Source: Balanoglossus misakiensis
Lineage: Eukaryota; Animalia; Hemichordata
Reading direction: 5' to 3'
DNA: 64,000 bases
Assembly: GCA_040954595.2 (NCBI GenBank)
Contig: CM082592.2
Location: 8,047,677-8,111,676, forward strand
Shown in pieces: positions 54,534-64,000 of the stretch. A program made the translations under genes and the position numbers. Under the pieces are notes generated by a model, which saw only the letters and a list, made by a program, of their open reading frames with translations, did not search any database and was not told where the DNA came from. Positions within the stretch are counted from its first letter, which is position 1; every line of letters starts with the position of its first letter.

Positions 54534-57500
54534 CTGAAAAAAGGATGAATTGAGATAAATGGTTACTTAAATACACAATTCAAAGAATCAGATTTCCATA
54601 CATGAAAGCTTTGAAATTGTCACCTGCAGAGAAAAGATTTCATGAAAATTCACAACAGATGGCATACCGAATTTTAGCATGACTGGACTGTCTTTTCTGT
54701 GCCAGGACTCGCCTGCGCTTGGTGACTAGGGCACAGACAAGGATCACCACCAGTACCAGGAATGCTACCACAGCAATTATGATGTAGACCAACTCCATCG
54801 GAAACTTGTCATCGTCATCCTGCGTGGTGGCTCCGACATTGACACCGTTTATGAATTCACAATGGGGTCCAGTGAAGTTACCTGGAATAGGAGTGAGGAT
54901 GGATGGTGAAGGAAGTTTATTTCCTGTTTTCTTATTTGACAACAGCACAGTCGTACACTATTTTCTTATGAGAGAACTTTGCTATGTCCTCATACAATTA
55001 AGTAGTAAACGCTTCATTGCACACTAATTATCTACACAAACCTTACCTGCACATATGCAAGTGTACTTTCCACCTCTGTACGGCACACATATGCCACCAC
55101 CAAAGCAGGGATTGGGAGTGCAAACACTGCCATCCACTTCACAGTTCACACCTAAGAAACAAATTTTGTAAATAAAAGAAAGAAAGAAAACAACTCAGTT
55201 TATACTGCTTGACAAAACCAAACTGATCATATGCAAAACCAATAGAAGTAATTCTTGTCATAATGACAAACAGCTGAAAGTTTATAGGCACTCACCAGTG
55301 AGGGGAGGTTGGCAAGGCTCGCAGTTTGGCCCACCGTACCCGTACATGCAACCTTCACAGTCAGGAGAGAAGGGCTCCAGACACCTGCAGGCGTATCTGG
55401 AGCTGGACGGATACGGCAAGCAGGTTCCGTTGTGAGGGCACACCACATCTATACAGGTGGTTGCGTCAGTCTCACAGTTGACACCTGGGGTGAAACAGAA
55501 AGCAAAATGCAAATTAGATGATGACAGATATAAACTGTGCGATAGCAAGTCCGTGAATATGCTGAAATCTGCTTTTTTTATGAAAGGTGTACCCAGTACA
55601 AACTTACCAATGAACGGTTCGACACACTGACAGATATACCCATTGACACCATCAACACACAGGCCACCATTTTGACATCTATTCTCAGCACACTCGTCAA
55701 TGTCAATCTCGCAGTACTGGCCTGTGTAACCACGGCGACAATCGCAGTCGTGGCCGTTCAACTTATCCACACACTGATCAGTCCCTGCAATGTACAAAAC
55801 AAGGTTATGGTAGATGCTTCAGAGGGGGGGGGGGATCACTCAAAATTTCATGGTTATAATAGAAAGGGGGGTATTGACAGATTCTGCCTGCTTGTGCCCC
55901 CCTCCCCGGCCATAAATAATGACGGCTCCCTTATGTCACATACCTGTGGAGTCACACGTGTTGTTGACACAATCATCAACTTGTATGTGGCAGTAAGGTC
56001 CCAGCCAGCCTTCTTTGCAGGTACATGTGAAGTTCTGTATTCCACCGAAACCGTTTTGGCATTCCACGGAATTGTCCGGGTCGCAGGGGTTTGGGTCGCA
56101 GTCATCGACATCCTCGCAGGTGAAACCATTACCTGAAACAAAACAAAAACAACATGTCATGCTTATTCATAATCAATGTTGCCGTTTGTCGATTAGGATC
56201 AGATCAAATCAAATAACATTTAGGGAAAAACACTGACCAATCAGTAAAATATTTGGTCAGAAATGATACTCACCAACAAAGCCCGGTTTGCAAGTACAGA
56301 TATTGTGTATACACTGGGCGTAATCACTGCAATAGTTGTTTTCCCGGCACTGGTTGATCTCCGTCAAGGTTACCGTGATCTTGCCAACGTACGTCAGCCC
56401 ACCGGCGTCGGCAACTTGGATCATCAGCTGATGTACGTCCATTTCCCACGCGTCCAGCGGCCTGGCAAGCACCAGTTTGTCGTCGTTGATCTCGAAATAC
56501 TCAAACGAGGCACTGTCCCCGTGGAAACTGTAAGAGAACTCAGTGTCGCCTTCGTCCGGGTCGTGCGTTTCCAAGGTGCCGACCTCTGACCCCACTGGCA
56601 GTGTTTCTATGATGTTCACAGTCACCTCTCCGTTGATGGTGAGTGAATCCGGCGCCTCATTCTGCGGCTGAATGACGATGTCGAAATTCTTGACGATTGC
56701 CAGATCGGTGTTGACTTCTCGAACTCGGATCTGAATGGTCCAGATTGGTGTCTCCTCGTGGTCGATGGGAAAGCGAGAAACTCGCAGTTCTTCGTCTCTG
56801 ATGTAGAACGGCACGCCCAGGGATACAATCTCGTATGCATACGCAGTCTGAGTACCATCTGGGTCAACCAAACCAATATCAGCTGTTGGCCAAGAAGATT
56901 TCATAATTTTTATAACACAAACGCAATGACCACAGTTTGTCTGAAAATTCAGGCAATACTATTACTATGACATTCACGCAAATAAAACAGCAGAACGTAC
57001 CGACATGTGAGTCTTCAGGGCTGTTTTCAACCATAGATTGTGCTGACAGTCCAATATCAATAGGTGCTTCATCCACATCCAAGACAACAATCTTTACTGA
57101 ATTCACTGTACTCTGTCAATGCAGATCATAGTAAATACATAGGTCACCTTAAACTTTTTATATGCCTACTGGTATATGTAGTCACAAGGGCATGTTTAAG
57201 TTTTCAAATGACCATGTTGACTAACCATACCTAAATATAAACATATCCGGAGATAGAATTTTATGTGTATAAATTATATGCCAATCAGAATGAAAATATT
57301 CATATTAGGTATGGCACACACTCTATGTAATTTCTTCAAGGGCACCAAAAAGTTTTCAGTGTGTACACAGAAGGGTGCTATCTCTAGTGTTTCTTACCAT
57401 TGGTGGATTTCCATTGTCAACACATTCCAAGTAGACCATATATTCATTCTTCTCTTCAAAATTCAACTCCTCTCTGACTAAAATACTGTTGGTCCCCGTC

Positions 57501-60500
57501 TGGATCATGAATTCAGTTGGAATCTCCTCGCTGTACTGGTTCATATCATTGGACTGACGCCTCACTCTCGAATCTGTGACAGACAAAAAGAAAGTTATTT
57601 GTGTTTTTGTGAAAAATATTTTTAGTCACTTGCAGATAAGGTGAAGATGTGTATGTTCTGATAACTGATCAAGCTTACTTTCTTGAAGGAATCTGTGATA
57701 GTCTGCTTCACTGATGAGATCGCAGAAGTGTTCCTGTCTCTGTTGGTTTTCATTCTGGTTGTCCTCGTCCGTCACGAAGACGTACGCGACGATCGTCGTA
57801 CCAGCGGTCGCGCTCTCCTGAACCGTCACCACCGACGACGTGATGACGTTGCCGAAGAGATCGTCGTCTTCGTCCGGCCGGTTCGGGTTGAGCGTCGTGT
57901 CGTTGACTGCGGCGTCGATGAGGAAAACGCCGGAGGGCGGGTCGTTCCCGTTCAGGACGTGGACGCGGAACGACCCGGTCACGGGCGACTGGTGGTCCGA
58001 GTCGTGGCACTGGACCACAATGTCGTGGTACCGCGTGCTCTCGTAATCGAAGGCGAATCCGTTTCCCACCAGCAGCCGGATGGTCGTCCCGTTGTGGTCG
58101 AGCTCGAATCGGTAGCCGTCGTCGACGGCCAGCGTGCACTGGAACGCCTGGTTGATGGAGTCGGGATCGTCCACGTAGATTTCACCCACCAGGGTGCCGT
58201 CCGGCGAGTTCTCCTTCACCGTGTCCGACGCCAGAGTGATAGACCTCGGCGGTTCGTTCACATTCAACACTGTAATTATCAAACTCTGGACAACGAAGAG
58301 AGAATTGGGAACACCGTTATCTCTGCTTATGAGCGTGACGTTGATAGACTTGACCTTTTCGTGATTGATGACATTCCCATCGTCGACTTTCAACTTGTTC
58401 CCGTCGACCAGCTTCAGCGCGTTCAGAGGAGACTGGGCCTCCAGAGTGTAGCTGTACAACTGGTCCACGTCTTCGTCGATGGTCGACAACTCAGCCACCA
58501 ACGTGTCTGTTGGGGAGTGCTCGTCAATGGCCGTGCCAGTAGGGATGGCTATCCCGGTTGGTGGATCGTTTGTGTCAATGACTTCAATGGTTATTACCTG
58601 TGGAGAAAAGAAATAAAGTTAGTATGTGATTTATTATCTAAGTAATGGTGTGGTGTGGTGATTTCTAACTTCACTGTAAAATGTCTTCTCAGAAACAACT
58701 ATTCTTTTTGTACACTCTTCCATCCATCCATCTATCCACCTGTCAGTCCCTCCACCCATTTCAAACATCCATCCCAGTTCAGTGAAAATAACACTTTGAT
58801 ACAAGTGCAAATCTTAAGTCTAACCTTTGTCAGTGACAGACCACCCTCATCGGTCGTGGTCAAGTTCACTACATGGGTGGTATTCGCTTCATAGTTCAAT
58901 GCCTTGTGGGTAATCAACTGATCTGAAATGACTGCAAAGTAGTCCTGTGGGGACACAGTGTAGGTGAACGATTCTTGGGGACTCTTGTCAGGATCTTCAG
59001 TCAACAGCTGGGCAACAATATCACCTGAAAATACATGAAAAAAGAAATAAATATTACACTTTCAGACAAGTTGGTGGATGTCTCGTGTAGGAAATATGCA
59101 TGTCATGTGACTCCTTGTCAAAGACTGAGATTTAAAACAATCTTGACAAATAAACTCACCTGGGCTATTTTCTCTGACTTGGAAAAAGCCTGTAGCAGAC
59201 AGAATATCAGTGGGTTGTTCATTGACATCGCTGACGGCTATGTTAAACCTGTCTTCAGTTTTCAAACCATACTGGTCTTGGCACTCTATGCCCACACTTA
59301 GTATATTTCCAGATGAACCTTCCATGTCTATAACAGCATCAGGAGCAACCTAACAGGATATGAATACACAATTGGTTGAAACCATGTACAGAGAAATGAC
59401 AGGGCCACAAGGAGGAGTTTGATAAAACCACTGACCAACACTCACCACTATACTGAGACCATCCAATGCAAGAAGCCCATTGGCGTCATCCTTCAGCGTA
59501 CAGGTGAAATGTTGAAGGTGATGTCCGCTGTCAGGGTCAGTCACCATGATAAAGCTCACCGCCGTCCCCGGTGCGGCATTCTCGGCCACTAGGTTCATAT
59601 TCAGTGTGATGGCGCTGGGGGGCTCATTCACGTCCATCACGCGGATGGCGAAGAAGATGGCATCTGATGTTCTTCTCTCGGGGGTCGACTGCTCCCTAGC
59701 CCTGATGGCCACATTGATGAGTTGTTCCGATTCATAGTCTAGCGCTCTCTTGGTTACCAATCGTTTGGTATTGGGCATGCCTGTTGTCAGAAGCTGTTCC
59801 AAAAAGAAGTTTTTGACTGTGAGATATATTTCTGTTCACTGTACCTTTTACAGAAAATTTTCATTGTTTTGTAATTGGCCAATTTTTCCAATGATGAAAG
59901 TTGCCACTGCTAATATATGTGGAATAATGTATGTGATAAATAAGCTACCGGTAATCATCATGCAAATATTTACATGAACTTATACAAAAGAGGACTTTTT
60001 CTGACCTGGAATGAATTAGTGTCATCCTGGGTGATCTCAAAGTCGATGGCATCTCCTTCAGGATCCTCAGCCGTTACTATGCCGACCAGTGCATTGTTGA
60101 TGTTTTCCTGGACTACGCTATTATGCAAAGCCAAGTTGTAAGGTGCTTCTTTGACATCGGTAACCTGTGAAAAAACATTTTTGAACAGCTCAGGCCTTCT
60201 CAAATTATGTCAGTGTCTGAGATAATACATGCGCAAGAATGATATGGGTCAGAGTTTAAAGGGTTACAGAAATTCACTTACATGGATGGTGAACGGCTCG
60301 ACAACCATGCCATAGTTACCAGTCACCTGTACTGCGATGGTGTAGGTGGCATCATCTTCATAATCAAGTACCTGATTGGTCAGTAGATTCATCGTGTTGG
60401 AGTTGACTATCTGGGCAACGAATACCCCCTCGCCGCTATTCAAGAGGTCAAACTCAAAGGAGTCGTCTGGATCAGTACTGCTGGCTGAGATCTGACCTAA

Positions 60501-63500
60501 AGGTGAAAGGTCAAAAAAGAACTAAGTGAGGCTAGTACCAATGCAAGTTGGAAAGGACTATACATATCACAGACAGACTAAAGGTTTTGCAAAAACTGGG
60601 TCTGAAACTTACCAACACGTGTACTGACTGGACTGTTCTCTTCAATAGTGTCACCATCAAGAATGACCACGATATCGTCACTACCGCTCGACGCAATGAC
60701 TTGCAGATCAATCTGTATGTTTTCAGAGTCAGCCTGGCCATCAGAACACCTGACTATGACAGTCCTGGTGTGGGTTCGATCTCTGTCCAATGGAGCTGCT
60801 ACCTGCAAAGACAAAACAAAGTGAATCCGTTCATTAAATCCTTCCACTCCCATTTCCCTCATTAGAGGTCCAGCTATAGCATAGAAAACAATAGTTTTGG
60901 ACCAAACTATAATGGTGAAAGGGTTAAACGCAATTCATTACACTTGTCAATCTGAACAGTATACATGCATGTACACAGCGAACACTACCAGACTCAACAG
61001 CCCACTTTGCCCTGCCAGACTGCCCTCACTGCACCCCACATACCTGCAGGTGATTCCCGCTTATTGCAAATCTTCCACCAGAGTTATCCACAAGAGTGAA
61101 AGTGTGGGCATCCGTCAAGTCTTCATCCATGCAGATCAGCGAGGCGAAATTCTGTCCCACTGGTGTGGCTGAACTGACCACAGTGGACGATGTCCTCACA
61201 CCAGTCGGAATATCATTAACATCAGTGATCTGGTAAAGTGATGCAGAAAACCAAATATACTGTGGTCAAAAATATTGCACACATATCTGTGATGATGGTG
61301 TTAAACGAGACATGAAGCATCAATTTATATTCTCCTTCACAATCTTGCCAACTTCACTTATGTCACCTGGTTGCATTGTTCTTCTGTTACCATTATTCCC
61401 TTTGACCTCTCAGATACATTATACAATGCCGACAACATACCTCGAACGTAAGATCTTTCTCGGTGAGCAAACCATTGGGATCTGTGGCAGTTAGAGTAAC
61501 CTGATAGATGTGACCATACGACGTGGCTTCGTAGTTCACACCATCATTACCCATGATGATCTTTTTGTCATCTGCCGGACAAAATCAAAAGAGAATTCTA
61601 ACTTCCAATGATTGTAATTTCTACCATTGCAGTTTGTATTATTACTTTCAGTGAAATGAATTCAGAGTATAAATGACAGGTGTCAATCATCCATTACCTG
61701 TCAATATAAACCTGTCGCTGCTGTCAATCATAGTGATGACCAGGTCATCCCCGTCGGGGTCTGATGACTCAACCAAAGCAATGGTGTCACCTGCCACTGT
61801 GGTCTCTGGGATACACGCATCAATGGCTATGTGACTTGGACCAACATGACCTGCAACAATCAACAGGTTTCTATCAGACATAATAACATGAAAAAAAATA
61901 GCAATTGATGTGGAAACTGATTTGATATACCTAGACATGTAAAACACATGTAGATGCTAATTTGATAACTTTCATTATCTGCTGTCAACTCAATAGAATG
62001 TTTGTAGTGAGGGCCTACCAGGGCTGCATGGTTTGAAGACAGCTACGCTGATGTCGTTGGGCGCTTCATTTTCGTTCAACACCATCACAGTCATTGCCTC
62101 CACTTTCCTGTTGCCAGCGCTGTCCAAGCACTCTACCTCCAGCGGGATTCCACTCGGGTAGCTCTCAAAGCTGATATCAGCACCAACCTTGACAGAGTGC
62201 CCTGTAATGAAATACATCACTACAAAATTACAACCTTTTTCACTAGATTGAATCAGTTGACTTTGAACTCAAAGAAAAAACAAAGGGCTCGAGTCACTTC
62301 GGGCACAAGGTGGCGCTGTCTTATTTCAAAAGTGATTGGACTCAAATCATATGTGAAACAAAAACTCAAATAATTTCTAGAAGGATAAAACTTAAAAATA
62401 CTATATAGCCTGATAATTTAATGCTGCTGAAATTTTGAAATCTAAACTTGTACATTTATAGAGAAAAAGTTTCATACCGTCAATGTAGAATGGGCTATCA
62501 CTGTTGACCATAGAGAATGTGTGAGTGTCACCAGCATCTGGATCGATGGCAGACAGGGTGCCAATAACAGTGTTGATGGGAACATGTTCTGTCACAGTAG
62601 ACGTTGACAATGACACTCGAACAGGTGGTTCATTCACATCGGCCAGGTTGACCCTGACAGTCGTCCTTGTGGTCAGACCGCCCGAGTCCATGGCTTGTAT
62701 GTCCAGCAGATAGAACGGGTGGGTCTCGAAGTCGAAACACTCCGCGTTGTTGACGACCAGATTCTGTCCCTGCACGGCGAAACAGTTGTTGTTGTTCAGG
62801 ATGGAGTATATGTGCGTGTCCCCCTGATCGGGATCCTCCGTCTCGAACTGCCCGATGATCTTGCCGGTCAGGGTGTCACCCCCGATGGAGTACTCGTTGA
62901 TGTCGCTGTGGATGAAGTTTATCTTGGTCGGGGGCTCGTTTTCGTCCAGGACCACGATCTCGAAGACGGCGCTGTTAGTGAGGATGGGCGAGCCGTTGTC
63001 TCGCACCTGGATGTGCACCTGGTGGACCGCGTCGCTTTCGTGATCCAGGGGTCGGTTGACGATGATCGCGGCCCCGGCGATCGAGAACTTGCCGCCGGAG
63101 TTGGTGATCAGCGTGAAGTTCAGCTGTTGACCGATGTCCGGATCGATGGCCGTGAGACGGGACACGACGTCACCCACCTGGGCGTTCTCGCTGATTGAAT
63201 TCTCCGTCCACATCGGCGGGCCTGGAGGTTCGTTGACGTCGATCAGGTAAATGCTGAGATCCGAAATCCGCGACTGTTGCGGTATGCCGTTGTCGGTGGC
63301 CAGTATTGAAATCGTGTAGTGCGACTGTGCTTCGAAATCAAGTCCTCCCCGAGCTCTCAAAGTACTGTCTGTGCCAATGTAGAAAGGGCCTGCGTCTCCA
63401 CGGAGATAATACGTAAATGTCTGCGTAATGTCCGAGTCAATGCTGCGAAGGTAACCGACAATTTCGCCGTGGTCGGCATCTTCAGCTATCACATTAGACG

Positions 63501-64000
63501 TCAAGTAGGTCAGGATTGGTGGTTCGTTTTCAGTTTTGGGAGGTGCACCGATACATTCAGCAGTCAAGACGCTCCATTGGCTGTTCGATAAACATGTGAT
63601 ATAGTTTGAACCTACCAACGTACCTGAAGGGATATAAAAGGGATATAAAATAATATTGTTAAATAACGCTTGTCAGTAAAAATAAATTTCATAAAACTTG
63701 TCTTTTGGGTGTGGGTGTGATGGAAATGTTCCTCATTTTATATCTGGTCGTTGCTGAATGCTATATTGGCACGATCAAGCCACCCAACCAACCCACCAAG
63801 GCTACAATCATTGCAGCCAGCAGACAGGGAACTACATCAGTCAAACTTGTGACAGACTCACCATAGTTGCAGCTGACATCACAGCGGCTGAGGTAATGAT
63901 ACCCACTGGCACACTCCAAAGAAAAGCCTGTAATATCCGGAGGTTGGCTGCACACTGCAGGACGACAGCTCTTCTTGTCAGGGTTCAAAATATATCCCAG
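53828..64000 (-). CDS. Atypical giant cadherin receptor (Fat-like protocadherin repeats): EGF-Sushi/CCP-about 15 cadherin repeats-about 6 EGF-TM-NPxY tail; 22 exons in window, 5' end outside
   Basis: Repeated DxNExP, LDFE/LDYE and DxD cadherin motifs, cbEGF DIDEC, TM ELVYIIIAVVAFLVLVVILVCALVT followed by KRRR. All junctions are GT-AG with phases summing to 6636 nt. No LamG or catenin-binding domain seen. Confidence 0.93.
54668..54881 (-). CDS. Cadherin gene transmembrane exon
   Basis: GNFTGPHC...ELVYIIIAVVAFLVLVVILVCALVTKRRR. Confidence 0.92.
55047..55151 (-). CDS. Cadherin gene EGF exon
   Basis: GVNCEVDGSVCTPNPCFGGGICVPYRGGKYTCICA. Confidence 0.9.
55296..55484 (-). CDS. Cadherin gene EGF exon
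   Basis: TCIDVVCPHNGTCLPYPSSSRYACRC...GYGGPNC. Confidence 0.9.
55608..55784 (-). CDS. Cadherin gene EGF exon (Ca-binding EGF)
   Basis: DIDECAENRCQNGGLCVDGVNGYICQC. Confidence 0.92.
55944..56132 (-). CDS. Cadherin gene EGF exon
   Basis: DVDDCDPNPCDPDNSVECQNG...CTCKEGWLGPYC. Confidence 0.92.
56274..56882 (-). CDS. Cadherin gene exon (last EC repeats, first membrane-proximal EGF)
   Basis: IDHEETP...QNEAP...LDAWE...EINQCRENNYCSDYAQC. Confidence 0.94.
57001..57112 (-). CDS. Cadherin gene exon
   Basis: STVNSVKIVVLDVDEAPIDI...MVENSPEDSHV. Confidence 0.9.
57398..57573 (-). CDS. Cadherin gene exon (contains RVRR)
   Basis: SRVRRQSND...LNFEEKNEYMVYLECVDNGNPPM. Confidence 0.9.
57679..58597 (-). CDS. 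Cadherin gene exon
   Basis: DTNDPP...NVNEPP...FDYES...NGNDPP. Confidence 0.94.
58825..59024 (-). CDS. Cadherin gene exon
   Basis: TEDPDKSPQESFTY...ALNYEANTTHVVNLTTTDEGGLSLTK. Confidence 0.9.
59160..59349 (-). CDS. Cadherin gene exon
   Basis: VAPDAVIDMEG...SDVNEQPTDI...RENSP. Confidence 0.9.
59446..59793 (-). CDS. Cadherin gene exon
   Basis: KRALDYESEQ...MDVNEPPSAI...TDPDSG. Confidence 0.9.
60006..60164 (-). CDS. Cadherin gene exon
   Basis: VTDVKEAPYNL...TAEDPEGDAIDFEITQDDTNSFQ. Confidence 0.9.
60282..60496 (-). CDS. Cadherin gene exon
   Basis: GQISASSTDPDDSFEF...QVLDYEDDATYTIAVQVT. Confidence 0.9.
60613..60802 (-). CDS. Cadherin gene exon
   Basis: VAAPLDRDRTHTRTVIVRCSDG...IEENSPVSTRV. 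Confidence 0.9.
60834..60927. mobile_element. About 94-bp TTAA-flanked MITE (piggyBac-like ends), copy 2
   Basis: TTAAATCCTTCCAC ... GGTGAAAGGGTTAA; shares agaaaacaa..tttggacc.aac.at.atggtgaaa.ggttaa with copy 1. Confidence 0.7.
61044..61229 (-). CDS. Cadherin gene exon
   Basis: ITDVNDIPTG...LICMDEDLTDAHTFTLVDNSGGRFAISGNHLQ. Confidence 0.9.
61441..61571 (-). CDS. Cadherin gene exon
   Basis: DDKKIIMGNDGVNYEATSYGHIYQVTLTATDPNGLLTEKDLTFE. Confidence 0.9.
61698..61850 (-). CDS. Cadherin gene exon
   Basis: IPETTVAGDTIALVESSDPDGDDL. Confidence 0.9.
62019..62201 (-). CDS. Cadherin gene exon
   Basis: GHSVKVGADISFES...VLNENEAP. Confidence 0.9.
62478..63623 (-). CDS. Cadherin gene exon (Sushi end, EC1-EC4 start)
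   Basis: GTLVGSNYITCLSNSQWSVLTAEC then NEPP, LDFE and DVNEPP repeats. Confidence 0.95.
63862..64000 (-). CDS. Cadherin gene exon (end of EGF, start of Sushi); truncated by window edge
   Basis: LGYILNPDKKSC RPAVCSQPPDITGFSLECASGYHYLSRCDVSCNY; donor GTGAGT. Confidence 0.88.

Noticed and set aside
57683-58645. 320-aa plus-strand ORF (also 62695..63198, 54053..54553, 56263..56589)
   Set aside because: Antisense shadows of GC3-rich cadherin exons; no recognisable protein features
53828-64000. Assigning gene symbol FAT4 or a classical cadherin name
   Set aside because: Only about 15 EC repeats, N-terminal Sushi/EGF, no LamG and no Fat or catenin-binding tail motifs

Overview
Eukaryotic, intron-rich animal genomic DNA; an invertebrate deuterostome such as a hemichordate is plausible but is only an inference. 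Two spliced protein-coding genes, both on the minus strand, were reconstructed by hand with GT-AG junctions and consistent phases. (1) A complete FANCJ/BRIP1 Fe-S DEAH helicase: 31 coding exons, 50124->19674, about 1484 aa. Beyond the helicase core it has a motif-rich disordered tail and an extra four-exon C-terminal CxxC...CxxC domain that human BRIP1 lacks. (2) The 3' part (22 exons, >2200 aa, 5' end beyond base 64000) of an atypical cadherin receptor: EGF-Sushi-about 15 cadherin repeats-about 6 EGF-TM-cytoplasmic tail with NPxY motifs. Bases 1-19.4 kb hold no supportable CDS. They are CpG-rich and dense in developmental and cell-cycle TF motifs, as are the large 3' introns of BRIP1, suggesting a regulatory landscape in which BRIP1 is a bystander. 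Also present: two copies of a ~94-bp TTAA-flanked MITE, microsatellites and long G/C tracts. No rRNA, tRNA or CRISPR array was recognised.
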